Shown in pieces: positions 42,071 to 51,823 of a stretch of 64,000 bases of DNA; position 1 is the first letter of the stretch, and each line of letters begins with the position of its first letter. Position numbers and translations under genes: made by a program. Source of the stretch: a bacterium. GTDB taxonomy: Bacteria > SAR324 > NAC60-12. The stretch covers positions 4,103,403-4,167,402 of the forward strand of contig OZ242383.1 in NCBI GenBank assembly GCA_965209155.1, in the 5' to 3' direction. The notes below the pieces were generated by a model. The model was not told the DNA's origin. It saw only the letters and a list, made by a program, of their open reading frames with translations, and did no database searches.

Positions 42071-42988
42071 ATGATGAGCAACCCTCCTTTGAGAACAGGT
42101 CGTCGCGTCACGAAAGTTTCATTTCAGCAGACCAATAAATCCGGTAAACGTTTTCCGCTGAAATTTTATTGTCTCTGGATTTTACCTAAGACTCTCATCA
42201 GCCGAATTTCTGGAATCCTGGCCGAATGTCGTTTGTCTCCAATCGTGCTCCGTCCCATAATCAAGATCTTTATCTGGTATTATAAAGTGGATATGTCAGA
42301 AGCAGTCCAACCCCTTTGGTCTTATCCCACTTTCAATGCGTTTTTTACCAGGCGTCTGAAACCAGGGTCCCGTCCCATCGATTCGGAACCCAATACCATT
42401 GTCAGCCCGGTTGATGGCATTGTGGGACAATTTGGCACTATCCGAGGTGAACAACTGATTCAAGCCAAGGGAATGAATTTCTCCCTTAGCGATTTGTTGG
42501 GCGATCCTTCCAGAGCCAGGGAGTATGTGAATGGACAATACATTACGATTTATTTAGCTCCTTACCACTATCATCGTATTCACAGTCCTGTCCTTGGCAG
42601 CGTTCGCTATTGTGTCCACATTCCTGGTTTACTCTGGACTGTCAATCCCCTCGGCGTGAACTTTGTACGCAATCTTTTTGTACGAAATGAACGCATCGTT
42701 TCCTATTTGGAAACTCAAAAAGGAGAATGCGTAATGGTTAAAGTCGGTGCCAATGTTGTTGGAAAAATCAAAGTAGTCTACCATTCCATGACAACCAACC
42801 TATTTCGGGAAAAACGTACAGAAGTGGCTCTCGACCCACCCTATTTTCTCTGTAAAGGTGATGAGCTGGGGTTTTTTGAGTTGGGTTCAACCGTGATATG
42901 CTGTTTCAAACCCGGACAAATTTGTTGGAACGACCTGACAATCGGAGATGCACTGCGGATGGGAGAAGTCATAGGCAGGTATTTATAG
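42071..42988 (+). CDS. psd: Phosphatidylserine decarboxylase proenzyme
   Basis: FFTRRLK, SPVDG, YHRIHSP, LGST self-cleavage motif. Confidence 0.93.
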   Translation: MMSNPPLRTGRRVTKVSFQQTNKSGKRFPLKFYCLWILPKTLISRISGILAECRLSPIVLRPIIKIFIWYYKVDMSEAVQPLWSYPTFNAFFTRRLKPGSRPIDSEPNTIVSPVDGIVGQFGTIRGEQLIQAKGMNFSLSDLLGDPSRAREYVNGQYITIYLAPYHYHRIHSPVLGSVRYCVHIPGLLWTVNPLGVNFVRNLFVRNERIVSYLETQKGECVMVKVGANVVGKIKVVYHSMTTNLFREKRTEVALDPPYFLCKGDELGFFELGSTVICCFKPGQICWNDLTIGDALRMGEVIGRYL

Positions 42989-43011
42989 AGGTCGTGTCTC
43001 TTTGATCCAAG

Positions 43012-43580
43012 ATTAATTAATCTCATTAAACCACCAGCTCTGCTGGTGCGAACCTAATAGGCTTTGCCGGTCAGACATGAGAAACGTATCCGTGTCCGTT
43101 AGCCGTGCTCGTGCTCGTGAACGGTCAGTGAATTCGACGGCACATTTTGGTTAACATAGAAACAATGCGATGAAGTAACTGTTTCCCTTCGTCAAATAAA
43201 GGAGGCTGGATGATCTTCAACACGTTTAAAACATCGAGAATAGCAGCGCATTCCATTGCGGAACCTCGGGCAAATGCATAGAATCGTTGCTTGTCAGGAA
43301 AGGAATTTTTTCCACAGCCTTCTGCGATATTGAGAGGAATCGACCATGAGGCCCTTTTCAGTTGGTCAACTAAGGCTGAGTATCCTTTTGGCAATGTTTC
43401 GATGACTTGGACAGATAACGCTAAAAATTCGATGGAACATTGTTATACATCGATTTTTTCATGATCTAACATGGCAGCCTTTTTCGTTCACGAGCACGAG
43501 CACGTCTTACGATGACGAACACGTTTTGCCCCCATCCTGGGGGCCTCTTCAAGCCACCGGCTCTGCCGGTGGTGATGACT
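43012..43580. mobile_element. 569-bp non-autonomous element with IS200/IS605-type hairpin ends carrying a four-helix-bundle gene (copy 1)
   Basis: Reverse-complement match to 63048-63616 with 10 substitutions by manual comparison. Subterminal hairpins CACCAGC-TCT-GCTGGTG (43032-43048) and CCACCGGC-TCT-GCCGGTGG (43554-43572). Confidence 0.8.
43125..43472 (-). pseudogene. Four-helix-bundle protein with a premature stop at codon 10
   Basis: MLDHEKIDV* (TAA at 43445-43443, TAC in copy 2); the rest is near-identical to 63156-63503. Confidence 0.85.
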
Positions 43581-43680
43581 CAAATTCGTAACACCGGGAT
43601 GGGGAAGCGTAACGAGAGAACTGATTTCAGTCCATCACGGATTGTTAGAATCCAAACCTTATTTTAGAAAAAGGAAAAAC

Positions 43681-44463
43681 ATGATCGATTGTAGCGGGAA
43701 AAAAGGAGTGGTCCTGGGTGTTGGCAATTCAAAAAGTATTGCGTGGTCCATTTCCAAATATTTACACCTGTGTGGCGCAGAACTGGCACTCACATACCTC
43801 GAAGATCCCAAGGGGCGATTCGAAAAAAATGTTCGCACATTGGCAGATCAAGTCGGAGCCTCGATCATAAGCCCCTGTGATGTCCAACAAGAAAATGAAA
43901 TTGCATCATTAATGGACACTATATCCCAAAAGTGGGGAAGCGTCGATTTTCTGGTTCACAGCCTGGCCTATGCTGCGCAGCAAGATCTCGGGAGTTCGTT
44001 TGCCGAAACCAGCCGGGAAGGATTTCTCAAAGCCCAGGAAGTGAGTGCTTATTCTCTGATACCATTGAGTGCGGGGGTAGCGCCATTGATGCGGGTCAAA
44101 GGGGGAGGCAGTATTATTACAATGACCTATATCGGTGCAATGCTTGCAGTACCGAGCTATAACGTCATGGGACCTGCAAAAGCGGCATTGGAGTCCTCCG
44201 TACGATACCTCGCCCGGGAATTGGGTCCGGACAATATTCGCATCAATGCAATTTCTGCAGGACCTATTCGTACACTTTCTGCACTAGGTATCAAAAATTT
44301 TTCAACACTTCTTCAAGGCGTAGCAGACCATTCGGCGCTTCGGCGTAATGTTACACCGGACGAAGTGGCTCAAACCGCAGCCTTCCTGTGCAGCGACTTT
44401 TCCTCGGGTATTACCGGACAAACAATTTACGTTGATTGCGGTTACAACATCATGGGAAATTGA
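43681..44463 (+). CDS. fabI: Enoyl-ACP reductase
   Basis: SIAW, YNVMGPAKAALES, NAISAGPIRTL. Confidence 0.95.
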   Translation: MIDCSGKKGVVLGVGNSKSIAWSISKYLHLCGAELALTYLEDPKGRFEKNVRTLADQVGASIISPCDVQQENEIASLMDTISQKWGSVDFLVHSLAYAAQQDLGSSFAETSREGFLKAQEVSAYSLIPLSAGVAPLMRVKGGGSIITMTYIGAMLAVPSYNVMGPAKAALESSVRYLARELGPDNIRINAISAGPIRTLSALGIKNFSTLLQGVADHSALRRNVTPDEVAQTAAFLCSDFSSGITGQTIYVDCGYNIMGN

Positions 44464-44502
44464 GAGGGAGAATCTAAATGATTTATCGCGAATAGAAGCA
44501 AT

Positions 44503-44913
44503 ATGGATTTTGATATGAGCGGCTACGCAGAAGGAAAAACATACGATTTCCTGAAAGAAGACACTATCGACGCGCAAGTATTGCGCACTTTTCCTTACCA
44601 GGGGCCACAACAACGCGTATCCTATAAATTTAAGGAGTTTTCAGCGGTTTGTCCCTTTTCGGGATTACCTGATTACGGAATCGTGTGGGTTAAATACACA
44701 CCTCGGGATCTCGTCGTGGAACTGAAATCTTTGAAATACTATTTTCAAACCTTTCGCCAGGTAGGAATTTATCAAGAAAATGCGACTTCTCGTATTTATA
44801 ATGATTTACATCGATTGCTTCAACCACAACAACTGGTCGTCAAATCTCGATACAATACTCGCGGAGGAATCGACGCGACTTGTGTGGTTCATTCCGAGGA
44901 TCAAAGCGTCTGA
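44503..44913 (+). CDS. queF: preQ0 reductase
   Basis: EFSAVCPFSGLPDYG, ELKSLKYY, RGGI. Confidence 0.95.
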   Translation: MDFDMSGYAEGKTYDFLKEDTIDAQVLRTFPYQGPQQRVSYKFKEFSAVCPFSGLPDYGIVWVKYTPRDLVVELKSLKYYFQTFRQVGIYQENATSRIYNDLHRLLQPQQLVVKSRYNTRGGIDATCVVHSEDQSV

Positions 44914-44925
44914 CACGAGATGTAA

Positions 44926-45165
44926 ATGAGACTGAGTAAAAAACAAAAAGCCATCGTTAAAATCGTCCAGGATCAGGAAACGCTGGAGAGAAGGGTTCTG
45001 TTTGAGGCGTTAGAAGGAGTTTTAGCAGAATATTCTCTTGTAAAAGTCGAAAGAGTGGTAAAATCTTTGCAAGTAATATCTCAAAAACAAGCGATTTCAG
45101 GTCAATTGTTAAATTGTATCAGACCGTTAACCCGACCCACTTTTAGCATAGGAGGTCAGGCATGA
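44926..45165 (+). CDS. Small hypothetical protein
   Basis: ORF fills the gap between queF and the DUF899 gene; no motif recognised. Confidence 0.4.
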   Translation: MRLSKKQKAIVKIVQDQETLERRVLFEALEGVLAEYSLVKVERVVKSLQVISQKQAISGQLLNCIRPLTRPTFSIGGQA

Positions 45166-45180
45166 ATAAAGGAGACGAAA

Positions 45181-45783
45181 ATGTCAAATGAAAAGATTAT
45201 CGAGCTTGAACAAAAGATCGGGGAACTGTTAGCGGAACTGAATGCCCTGCGTAAAAAAAACATGGGAACGCCAGTACCGAATTATACCTTCTCGACTCTG
45301 ACTGGTGAGACAACACTACGCGATTTGTTCGGCCAAAAAAATAAATTACTTGCCATTCACAATATGGGTCAAGCCTGTCGCTACTGTACCTTGTGGGCAG
45401 ACGGTTTTAACGGATTGTTAATGCACCTGGAGTCGGTGATTTCAGTCGTTTTGTTATCGAAGGATTCACCTGAGATTCAGCATCGCTTCGCAAGCTCCCG
45501 AGGTTGGCGATTTCAGCTCGCCTCTCATGGTGGTGGTGACTATATTCGCGAGCAGTCGGTTTATGAAGCTTCCGATAATTTCCCAGGCGCCATCATTTAT
45601 CAGCGCGACGGTGATAGAATTCTTCGTAAAAATTCTTGCGTTTTCGGTCCCGGGGATATTTACTGCGCTCAGTGGAGTCTGCTCGGCCTTGCCGGATTGG
45701 GTGAAGGAGACTGGACACCACAATATTCTTATTGGCAACGTCCGACTAAAATGGAAGACGGTGGTGCCAACCTCCTCGACTGA
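45181..45783 (+). CDS. DUF899 thioredoxin-like protein
   Basis: CRYCTLWADG, SRGWRF, FGPGD; strong RBS AAGGAG. Confidence 0.8.
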   Translation: MSNEKIIELEQKIGELLAELNALRKKNMGTPVPNYTFSTLTGETTLRDLFGQKNKLLAIHNMGQACRYCTLWADGFNGLLMHLESVISVVLLSKDSPEIQHRFASSRGWRFQLASHGGGDYIREQSVYEASDNFPGAIIYQRDGDRILRKNSCVFGPGDIYCAQWSLLGLAGLGEGDWTPQYSYWQRPTKMEDGGANLLD

Positions 45784-45980
45784 CATCTTCCCTGTAAATC
45801 TTTCTGGGATCAAGGTATTCGCCCACCATTATCCCTTTGATGCTTCGTAAAAGTTCATTTTCGAGTACGCACCTTCATTAAGAAGTCATGTCGACCTCCA
45901 ACAATCATAAAGCTCTGCAATGCTTTCGTTACATCTTCGCTGGGCATTAATGAAAGGCCAACAAGCACATCATTCACCCA

Positions 45981-46736
45981 TCACTTCCCTGCGGTTGCTC
46001 CACCGTCAATGACCAAATCGCTGCCGGTGACAAAAGAAGACTCGTCCGAAGCCAGGTAAAGGGCCGCGTAGGCCACGTCTTCCGGCTGGCCCGCGTGGCC
46101 CAGGGGAATACTGTTGAACAGCTCCTTTCGAGATTCCTCCTCCTCCAAAAAGTGGGCGATCATCATTGTTTCGATGTTGGACGGAAGGATGGAGTTGACG
46201 CGGATCCCTTCCCTGGCGTATTGAACAGCGGTGGACTTGGTCAATAGCCGCATCGCAGCCTTGGACGTGTTGTAGGTGCACGACGTCCCCATGTTGCCTT
46301 CCAGCGCAGCCACCGAAGCGATGTTGATCATGGAGCCGCCACCCGCTTTCCGCATCTCGGGTATAGCGTGTTTTGTCCCCAGAAACGCGCCCTTGGCATT
46401 TGTATCCAAATCCCGATCCCACTGCTCGCTGGTGATCTCCTCCACCCGAGCGAATCGGCAAGTCCCCGCATTGTTCACCAGCACGTTCAGTTTCCCGAAG
46501 CGGGCGACCGTGGAGGCCACGGCTTGCTGCCACTCGGCCTCGCTGGTAACATCCAACCGGACGAAGAGGCACTCGCCACCGGTTTCATTAATTTCGGTCT
46601 CGGTCTGACGCCCTTCCTCTTCCAGCACGTCTCCAATGACCACTTTGGCCCCTTCCCCGGCAAACAGCGTGGCCATCGCTGCGCCCAGACCCCTGGCTCC
46701 CCCGCTGATAAAAGCGACCTTGTCTTTCAGTCTCAT
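45981..46736 (-). CDS. Short-chain dehydrogenase/reductase
   Basis: SGGARGLG, NNAG, YNTSK. Confidence 0.95.
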   Translation of the reverse strand: MRLKDKVAFISGGARGLGAAMATLFAGEGAKVVIGDVLEEEGRQTETEINETGGECLFVRLDVTSEAEWQQAVASTVARFGKLNVLVNNAGTCRFARVEEITSEQWDRDLDTNAKGAFLGTKHAIPEMRKAGGGSMINIASVAALEGNMGTSCTYNTSKAAMRLLTKSTAVQYAREGIRVNSILPSNIETMMIAHFLEEEESRKELFNSIPLGHAGQPEDVAYAALYLASDESSFVTGSDLVIDGGATAGK

Positions 46737-46748
46737 GGTTTCCTTCTT

Positions 46749-47456
46749 TTATTGATGATCGATGGTAGTTTGTCTCCCCGCTAACCACTGGATCCCCCGT
46801 CCCACTACCGTTCGAAAACCGGGGTTTGAGTAGGCGCGGTTATCGTCCCCGCCCTGGTAGCAGAAGACCCTCGCCTTACCGAAGGTCCGCGTCCACGCGA
46901 TCGTCTTCATACTCTGGGGATGATCGGTGGTGAGCAGGATGTGGCTATCCTCGTCCGCATCGTCTGCGTGATAGGTCTCGTCGACGATGTCCCACGGCTC
47001 CAGTGTGGCAGTGATGGGATGCCCGGTGTCCGCGACGTCGATGCGCATGGTCTGCTCCAAGGCATACGGTACTGTGCCCCCCTTATGACGCATGCCGCTC
47101 AGCTCTCTCCAGAGCGGCCAGTCGGGGAAGGCTACCAGCGCGTGATGCAGCAGAAATATCCCCTGGTCCCCATCACGGCGAATCCCCTCCAGTATCTCCT
47201 TCAGGCCTCCTCCGCTCTGCTTAGAGGTTCCTGGCTCTGATTTACCATCTTTTTCAGGGGGCGTGCTTTGGTGCCAGTTGAAGAACACGAGTACGTCATA
47301 GGTCCCTGGACCGCGTGCCGGGTCGGTAATGAAGTCCCACATGTTCTGAGGGTAGACATCGATTTCGGGAAGGGAGCGAAGCATGGACTGGAAGCCGACC
47401 ACGTCATATTCGTGCTCGCCGGTAATCACGGCTGTTTTTATCTTTCCATTCGTCAT
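46749..47456 (-). CDS. ThuA-like domain protein
   Basis: Start MTNGKIK after RBS AGGAG; HPIT, DETY, IAWTRTFGKARVF, RGIQW. Confidence 0.8.
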   Translation of the reverse strand: MTNGKIKTAVITGEHEYDVVGFQSMLRSLPEIDVYPQNMWDFITDPARGPGTYDVLVFFNWHQSTPPEKDGKSEPGTSKQSGGGLKEILEGIRRDGDQGIFLLHHALVAFPDWPLWRELSGMRHKGGTVPYALEQTMRIDVADTGHPITATLEPWDIVDETYHADDADEDSHILLTTDHPQSMKTIAWTRTFGKARVFCYQGGDDNRAYSNPGFRTVVGRGIQWLAGRQTTIDHQ

Positions 47457-47500
47457 GTTTCTGTCTCCTGCATTAGAATAATTAATGATTACAATGATAT

Positions 47501-47623
47501 GCCATCCCGGTCCCGGATCAAGTCCGGGATGATCCGGGATCCAGGTACCTGGTAGCGTTGCATACCCGTTCCACGTCGGCCGCTTCCGCGTACGGCTGGA
47601 TTCCTGGTCAAGCCAGGAATGAC
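47501..47623. repeat. Palindromic REP/RPE-like intergenic element
   Basis: Hairpins TCCCGGA-TCAAG-TCCGGGA and TTCCTGG-TCAAG-CCAGGAA joined by an ATCCAG...CTGGAT stem. Confidence 0.7.
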
Positions 47624-47675
47624 AAAGTTGCGAATACCCAAGGAGAAAAAAAGTACGCACTTTTGCCCTTCGGCA

Positions 47676-48704
47676 CTAGTTGGGCAGCAAGGCCACGGAA
47701 CGGACCTCGCCAAACTCCTTTTGCAGCTTTTGCCACGAATCACCCCCGTCTTCGCTCAGGTACACGTAACCGTAGAAGCTGGCCGCGACGATTACGTGGG
47801 GCCGCTCCTTGTGAGTGGCCATCCCATAGATATGCGAGTTGGGCTTTACCGGCAGGGACACCGGTTGCCAACTTTTCCCGGCATCCTGGGTGCGCTGCAC
47901 GGCACCGGTGACACCGGGAATCGTGTCGCCGTTGCCGACAAACATGACATCGGGGTTATCCGCTTTGATGACCATGCCGCGGCAGTAGGACGCACGAGCT
48001 CCTTCATGGAACTTGGGGAAATTGTGGTAATCCCAGCTTTCGCCTTCGTCGTGGCTGGTGGCGATCCCAAAGGGCGAGGTACAGTAGATTGTGGAACGGG
48101 CGCCTGTCTTCAGAGTCAAACTGTGAATGTCGCCATGGAAGGGGTCAGGCCCCAGGTCGGGTAGGTGTGTCCAGGTGTCGCCGCCATCCAGGCTCTTGTA
48201 AACCCCGTCAACTTCCATGCCGGCCCAGATGGTGTCGTTGTTCCTGGGATCTACCATCATGCAGGTGGTCCGCGGCGGTGAGTCAGGAAGTGCGGGAGAC
48301 AGGGGGGTCTTCATGTTTACGCCCATCTGAAGCTTGCTCCAAGTCCGCCCCCCATCCCGGGAGCGGAATCCCTCGGGTCGCGTGCCCACGAAGAGGGTGT
48401 CCGGGTCCGTAGGATCGACAGTGACCGACCAGATTTCAAGGCCCGCTGTGGGAGCATCCAGGTTTTCCCAGGTCGTGCCGCCATCGTCGCTGCGGAAAAC
48501 GCCCACCTGGGATGAGGGTAATAATTGATGACCATCAACCCCGGCCAATACCCGCCGGGGGTTGGATGGATCCACGCACAACGCCCTGACGTTGGACTCA
48601 TGCCAGATAGGCTGATAGATGGGGGTCCAGGATTCACCGCCATCGGCACTCACGTTCAGCCCTTGGCCGACAGTGCCGATGAGGATTGTATAATTTTTTG
48701 CCAT
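47676..48704 (-). CDS. BNR/Asp-box repeat beta-propeller protein (glycosyl-hydrolase-like)
   Basis: About seven SxDGGxTW-type repeats. Confidence 0.88.
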   Translation of the reverse strand: MAKNYTILIGTVGQGLNVSADGGESWTPIYQPIWHESNVRALCVDPSNPRRVLAGVDGHQLLPSSQVGVFRSDDGGTTWENLDAPTAGLEIWSVTVDPTDPDTLFVGTRPEGFRSRDGGRTWSKLQMGVNMKTPLSPALPDSPPRTTCMMVDPRNNDTIWAGMEVDGVYKSLDGGDTWTHLPDLGPDPFHGDIHSLTLKTGARSTIYCTSPFGIATSHDEGESWDYHNFPKFHEGARASYCRGMVIKADNPDVMFVGNGDTIPGVTGAVQRTQDAGKSWQPVSLPVKPNSHIYGMATHKERPHVIVAASFYGYVYLSEDGGDSWQKLQKEFGEVRSVALLPN

Positions 48705-48712
48705 GTTGCGTT

Positions 48713-48922
48713 TCCTTTCCAAAAATCATGAAGCTCTCTTTTGTTGAGACCCGCCATAGCGCCCTGCAGCACCCCGCAACCGGGGGTCGAGCAAATCCCT
48801 GAGGGCGTCGCTGAAAATATTGAGGCCGTAGACGGTGATCACCGGAATGAGGGCGTTGGGAAGCGCATGCCGGAGTCGGGGAATGAGATCGCTCCATTCC
48901 CCGATGGGCTCATTACTGTCCC
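48713..48922 (-). pseudogene. Collapsed remnant of an ABC permease pair
   Basis: Mosaic matching 60163-60284 (DppC-like 3' end), 61389-61433 (DppB-like internal) and 62184-62229 (intergenic). Confidence 0.85.
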
Positions 48923-50766
48923 AATATTTCTGCCTTTAAATCGCTGTTGATCCATGCACGAGCGAAAATCCCGCCTACAGAAAAACAACAGGTATCATTA
49001 GTTTCGCCGGCGTAGTTCTCTACCCATGGCCAGTAAGCCATGGTTACCATTGGAGTTGGTGCATAGGCCACATAAGCTTTCGACAGCCACAACTGGTTCA
49101 AACCCTTCATGATCTTGTTCGCTTCAACGGGGTCCACTGTTTGTGACCACTTTGCATAAATCTCGTTTAATTCAGGGTCATCAACCACCGCGGTTTGATA
49201 AGTTGCCCACTCTTCAATTGCAAACGTGGAAAGAGTTTGTCCCGGAAGGCCAACTGAGTTAGCAAGAAAAGTCATCGGCGCATGATTATTTTTTAGAAGC
49301 ATTCCATCCAAAGTAGTCGAATCCCGCAGATCAATTTTAACGTCGATTCCGATATCCTTCCACATAGCTGCCAGAAAAGATACCACATCTCGCTCAGGCT
49401 CCCGTGAATATGCTTGTATGGTAGTCTCAAAACCGTTCGGGTAGCCTGCCTCGGCTAATAGTTGCCTCGCACGCTCAGGGTTATACTCAAAATTTTCCTG
49501 AGTTGATCGCGGTAGCTCCTCCATAGGAGTAAAGAGAGTCCTTGGAAGTTCTGCATGGAGCTCAGCGTTTAAAATCAATCCAGCACCTCCCTGAATGGTA
49601 TTGATAAAGGCTTCTCGATCTATAGCCATGCTGATTGCTTTGCGCACCCTGATATCGTCAAAGGGCTTCACATCCAGCCTCATGCCGATTCTCCAGGCTC
49701 TCTCTGCCGCTCTCTCGATCATCTTTATTTTGGGACTTGATCTTTTTACCGAGTCGACGAACTTTTTTTCGAGTACATCATACACGTCAATCTTCCCTGT
49801 TCGTAACGCAGCGACCTGGGAGGATTTATCCTGTATTACAGTTTTTACCAGGCGGTCGATAAACGGAATCTCGTATTTCTTGTCATTGAATACGTAACTG
49901 TCCCAGTAATTGGGATTCCTTGTGTAAGATACCAAGCTGCCTTCCACGACGTCCTCGAGATGAAACGGGCCTGTCCCCAGCCCCACATGAGTCTTCCAGT
50001 CTTTCATAGCCTCGTCCGTCAGCTCACGAGGTACGATGGACGCCCCACCCCAATGCGCGAATCCAAAGTAATGCCACCATTCAGCATTGAAGGCTTTATT
50101 CTTTATTGTAAGCGTGTACCTATCCGTAGCTGTTACCGACTCCACGTCTTGAAATACTGGCACATCATAGCGCGTCCAACCCAATTCAAAGCTATAAACG
50201 ATATCCTCCGCTGTCAGCTCCCTTGATTTCATGACTCCCGGCTTGCCCGACCACATGACTCCCCGACGTAGTGTGAAAATAATTGTGTTCGCATCGGGTA
50301 ACGACCAGCTTTCAGCCAACCGACCTCTTAGGAAATCCAAAGGAAACCCTTGAGAGTGATAAAAACCAGTAATCCCTGAGCCGCGTGGCCCAAACTTCTC
50401 AATGTCTGCATGCAAAAGGGACTCATACATCGGTTCATGATAAATACCTGTCGTCCACTGACTGCCTTCTCCTTTGTGCCAGGCTGTAGGCGGAAAAGCC
50501 GCTCCATATCCATCCAGGAATGTAATACTCCCACCGTATTGCGGCCCGGCGTTCTTTGCCGCCTCCGACGAAAAACCAATTATTTCGGCTGCCCAGGCCG
50601 GGCTGCCCAAGAAGCCTGCTCCTCCCAGGATGAGGGCCAGCAGGGTTGTCCTGAAGGTTGATTTGCGGTTTAGATTAAACATAGCGATTATTGTTTTCAT
50701 TAGGATTCTCCTTAAAAAAAATGAATGAATAAATGGCATTAACAGAATAGCGATTTTCGATTTCAT
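48913..50766 (-). CDS. ABC transporter substrate-binding protein, family 5 (peptide/nickel)
   Basis: LAESW, GTGPF, RNPNYW, DIRVRKAISMAIDR, ARQLLAEAGYPNGF; signal peptide; alternative start at 50700. Confidence 0.93.
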   Translation of the reverse strand: MKSKIAILLMPFIHSFFLRRILMKTIIAMFNLNRKSTFRTTLLALILGGAGFLGSPAWAAEIIGFSSEAAKNAGPQYGGSITFLDGYGAAFPPTAWHKGEGSQWTTGIYHEPMYESLLHADIEKFGPRGSGITGFYHSQGFPLDFLRGRLAESWSLPDANTIIFTLRRGVMWSGKPGVMKSRELTAEDIVYSFELGWTRYDVPVFQDVESVTATDRYTLTIKNKAFNAEWWHYFGFAHWGGASIVPRELTDEAMKDWKTHVGLGTGPFHLEDVVEGSLVSYTRNPNYWDSYVFNDKKYEIPFIDRLVKTVIQDKSSQVAALRTGKIDVYDVLEKKFVDSVKRSSPKIKMIERAAERAWRIGMRLDVKPFDDIRVRKAISMAIDREAFINTIQGGAGLILNAELHAELPRTLFTPMEELPRSTQENFEYNPERARQLLAEAGYPNGFETTIQAYSREPERDVVSFLAAMWKDIGIDVKIDLRDSTTLDGMLLKNNHAPMTFLANSVGLPGQTLSTFAIEEWATYQTAVVDDPELNEIYAKWSQTVDPVEANKIMKGLNQLWLSKAYVAYAPTPMVTMAYWPWVENYAGETNDTCCFSVGGIFARAWINSDLKAEILGQ

Positions 50767-50975
50767 AAGATTCTCCTTAAAAAAATAAATGACAAAATGA
50801 CGCTCTCACGCGCCCATCAGCTGTTGCAAAACGGGTTTTATTCCATAGGCATTTCCTCCTTATCATCGGTTTTTCAGTAATAAAAAAGCTCTATAATCAG
50901 GAAGAACCCCCCTAATCACTGAAAGCTAAGAGCTAACAGTCAAAACTTCATTGCCCCCTGCCGTGAGTCTTTAGC

Positions 50976-50991
50976 TTCAAAAGTCATGCCA
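50976..50991 (-). promoter_or_regulatory. Candidate sigma54 (-24/-12) promoter for the substrate-binding-protein operon
   Basis: Minus strand TGGCATGACTTTTGAA vs consensus TGGCACG-N4-TTGCW; the -12 GC is GA here. Confidence 0.55.
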
Positions 50992-51075
50992 CTCGCTCGA
51001 AACGCAGGATTGGTGGGGGCTGAGGCAACTTGTGAGAAAGGAGGCTGCCAGTTTTGAGGTGATTTTTTGGTAAAA

Positions 51076-51196
51076 TCGGGCATTTTTGCCCTTCTTAAAC
51101 ACAAAAAATGGTGGATATTCGGCAGTAATGCATTGATATTAAACACTAATCCGAGATTCGGGCAGAAATGCCCGATCACTGGGCAGAAATGCCCGA
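51076..51196. promoter_or_regulatory. Three palindromic GGGCA-N4-TGCCC boxes (candidate enhancer sites)
   Basis: 51076-51091, 51158-51175, 51180-51196; a fourth box at 51801-51816. Confidence 0.65.
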
Positions 51197-51429
51197 TTTG
51201 ATTTTATTTGATGAATTTACGTCCTTTGGGCAGGGATCCGAATGCGGCCCAGCCTAAAATGAAGAAGGCTTTCACCTCAGATATGAGTTCTACCATGGGG
51301 AGGTTTACGCCTACCCATCCTCATGATTGCAGGAAAGAGGGAACAGTGATAAATTGAGGGAGAATGAAGCCACGCTTTTGAGAAAACAGATGAAACTACC
51401 TTATGGGATCAGCAATTTTGCCCGTTTGA

Positions 51430-51687
51430 ATGATACTTACAACAGATCCAATTGAGGAAAGAACAATGACATTAACGATAGAGTTACCCGACACATTGAC
51501 TCAACAATTTCGTGAACGACAGATTCCTGAAAAAGAAATAGAAGCCGTAGTCTTAGCGACTTTAGAAATCTGGCTGGCTCAACAGAAATCAGAAACGGGT
51601 GACCGTTTCACTGAAAGTGCTGTGCCTTTCATCCGGCGGCTAATTGCACAAAATCGCGAACTTTTTGAAAGATTGGCGCAACGATAA
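51430..51687 (+). CDS. Small antitoxin-like protein (start probably 51466)
   Basis: MTLTIELPD ribbon-like start after RBS GAGG; C-terminus NRELFERLAQR. Confidence 0.5.
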   Translation: MILTTDPIEERTMTLTIELPDTLTQQFRERQIPEKEIEAVVLATLEIWLAQQKSETGDRFTESAVPFIRRLIAQNRELFERLAQR

Positions 51688-51823
51688 TCATGGCTGAGAT
51701 TCAAAAACCGTGAACCGTGCTATTCATCGTAAGCAAGGGCTTCTGCAAGATAATCCTCTGCTGAGAAAAGAGTATCAGGGAATGACCAATGCCTCCTGAC
51801 TGGGCATAAATGCCCTATTCGAT

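Noticed and set aside
46749-47660. 303-aa extended ThuA ORF from the ORF track
   Set aside because: The extension runs through the palindromic repeat; a good RBS and ATG lie at 47456.
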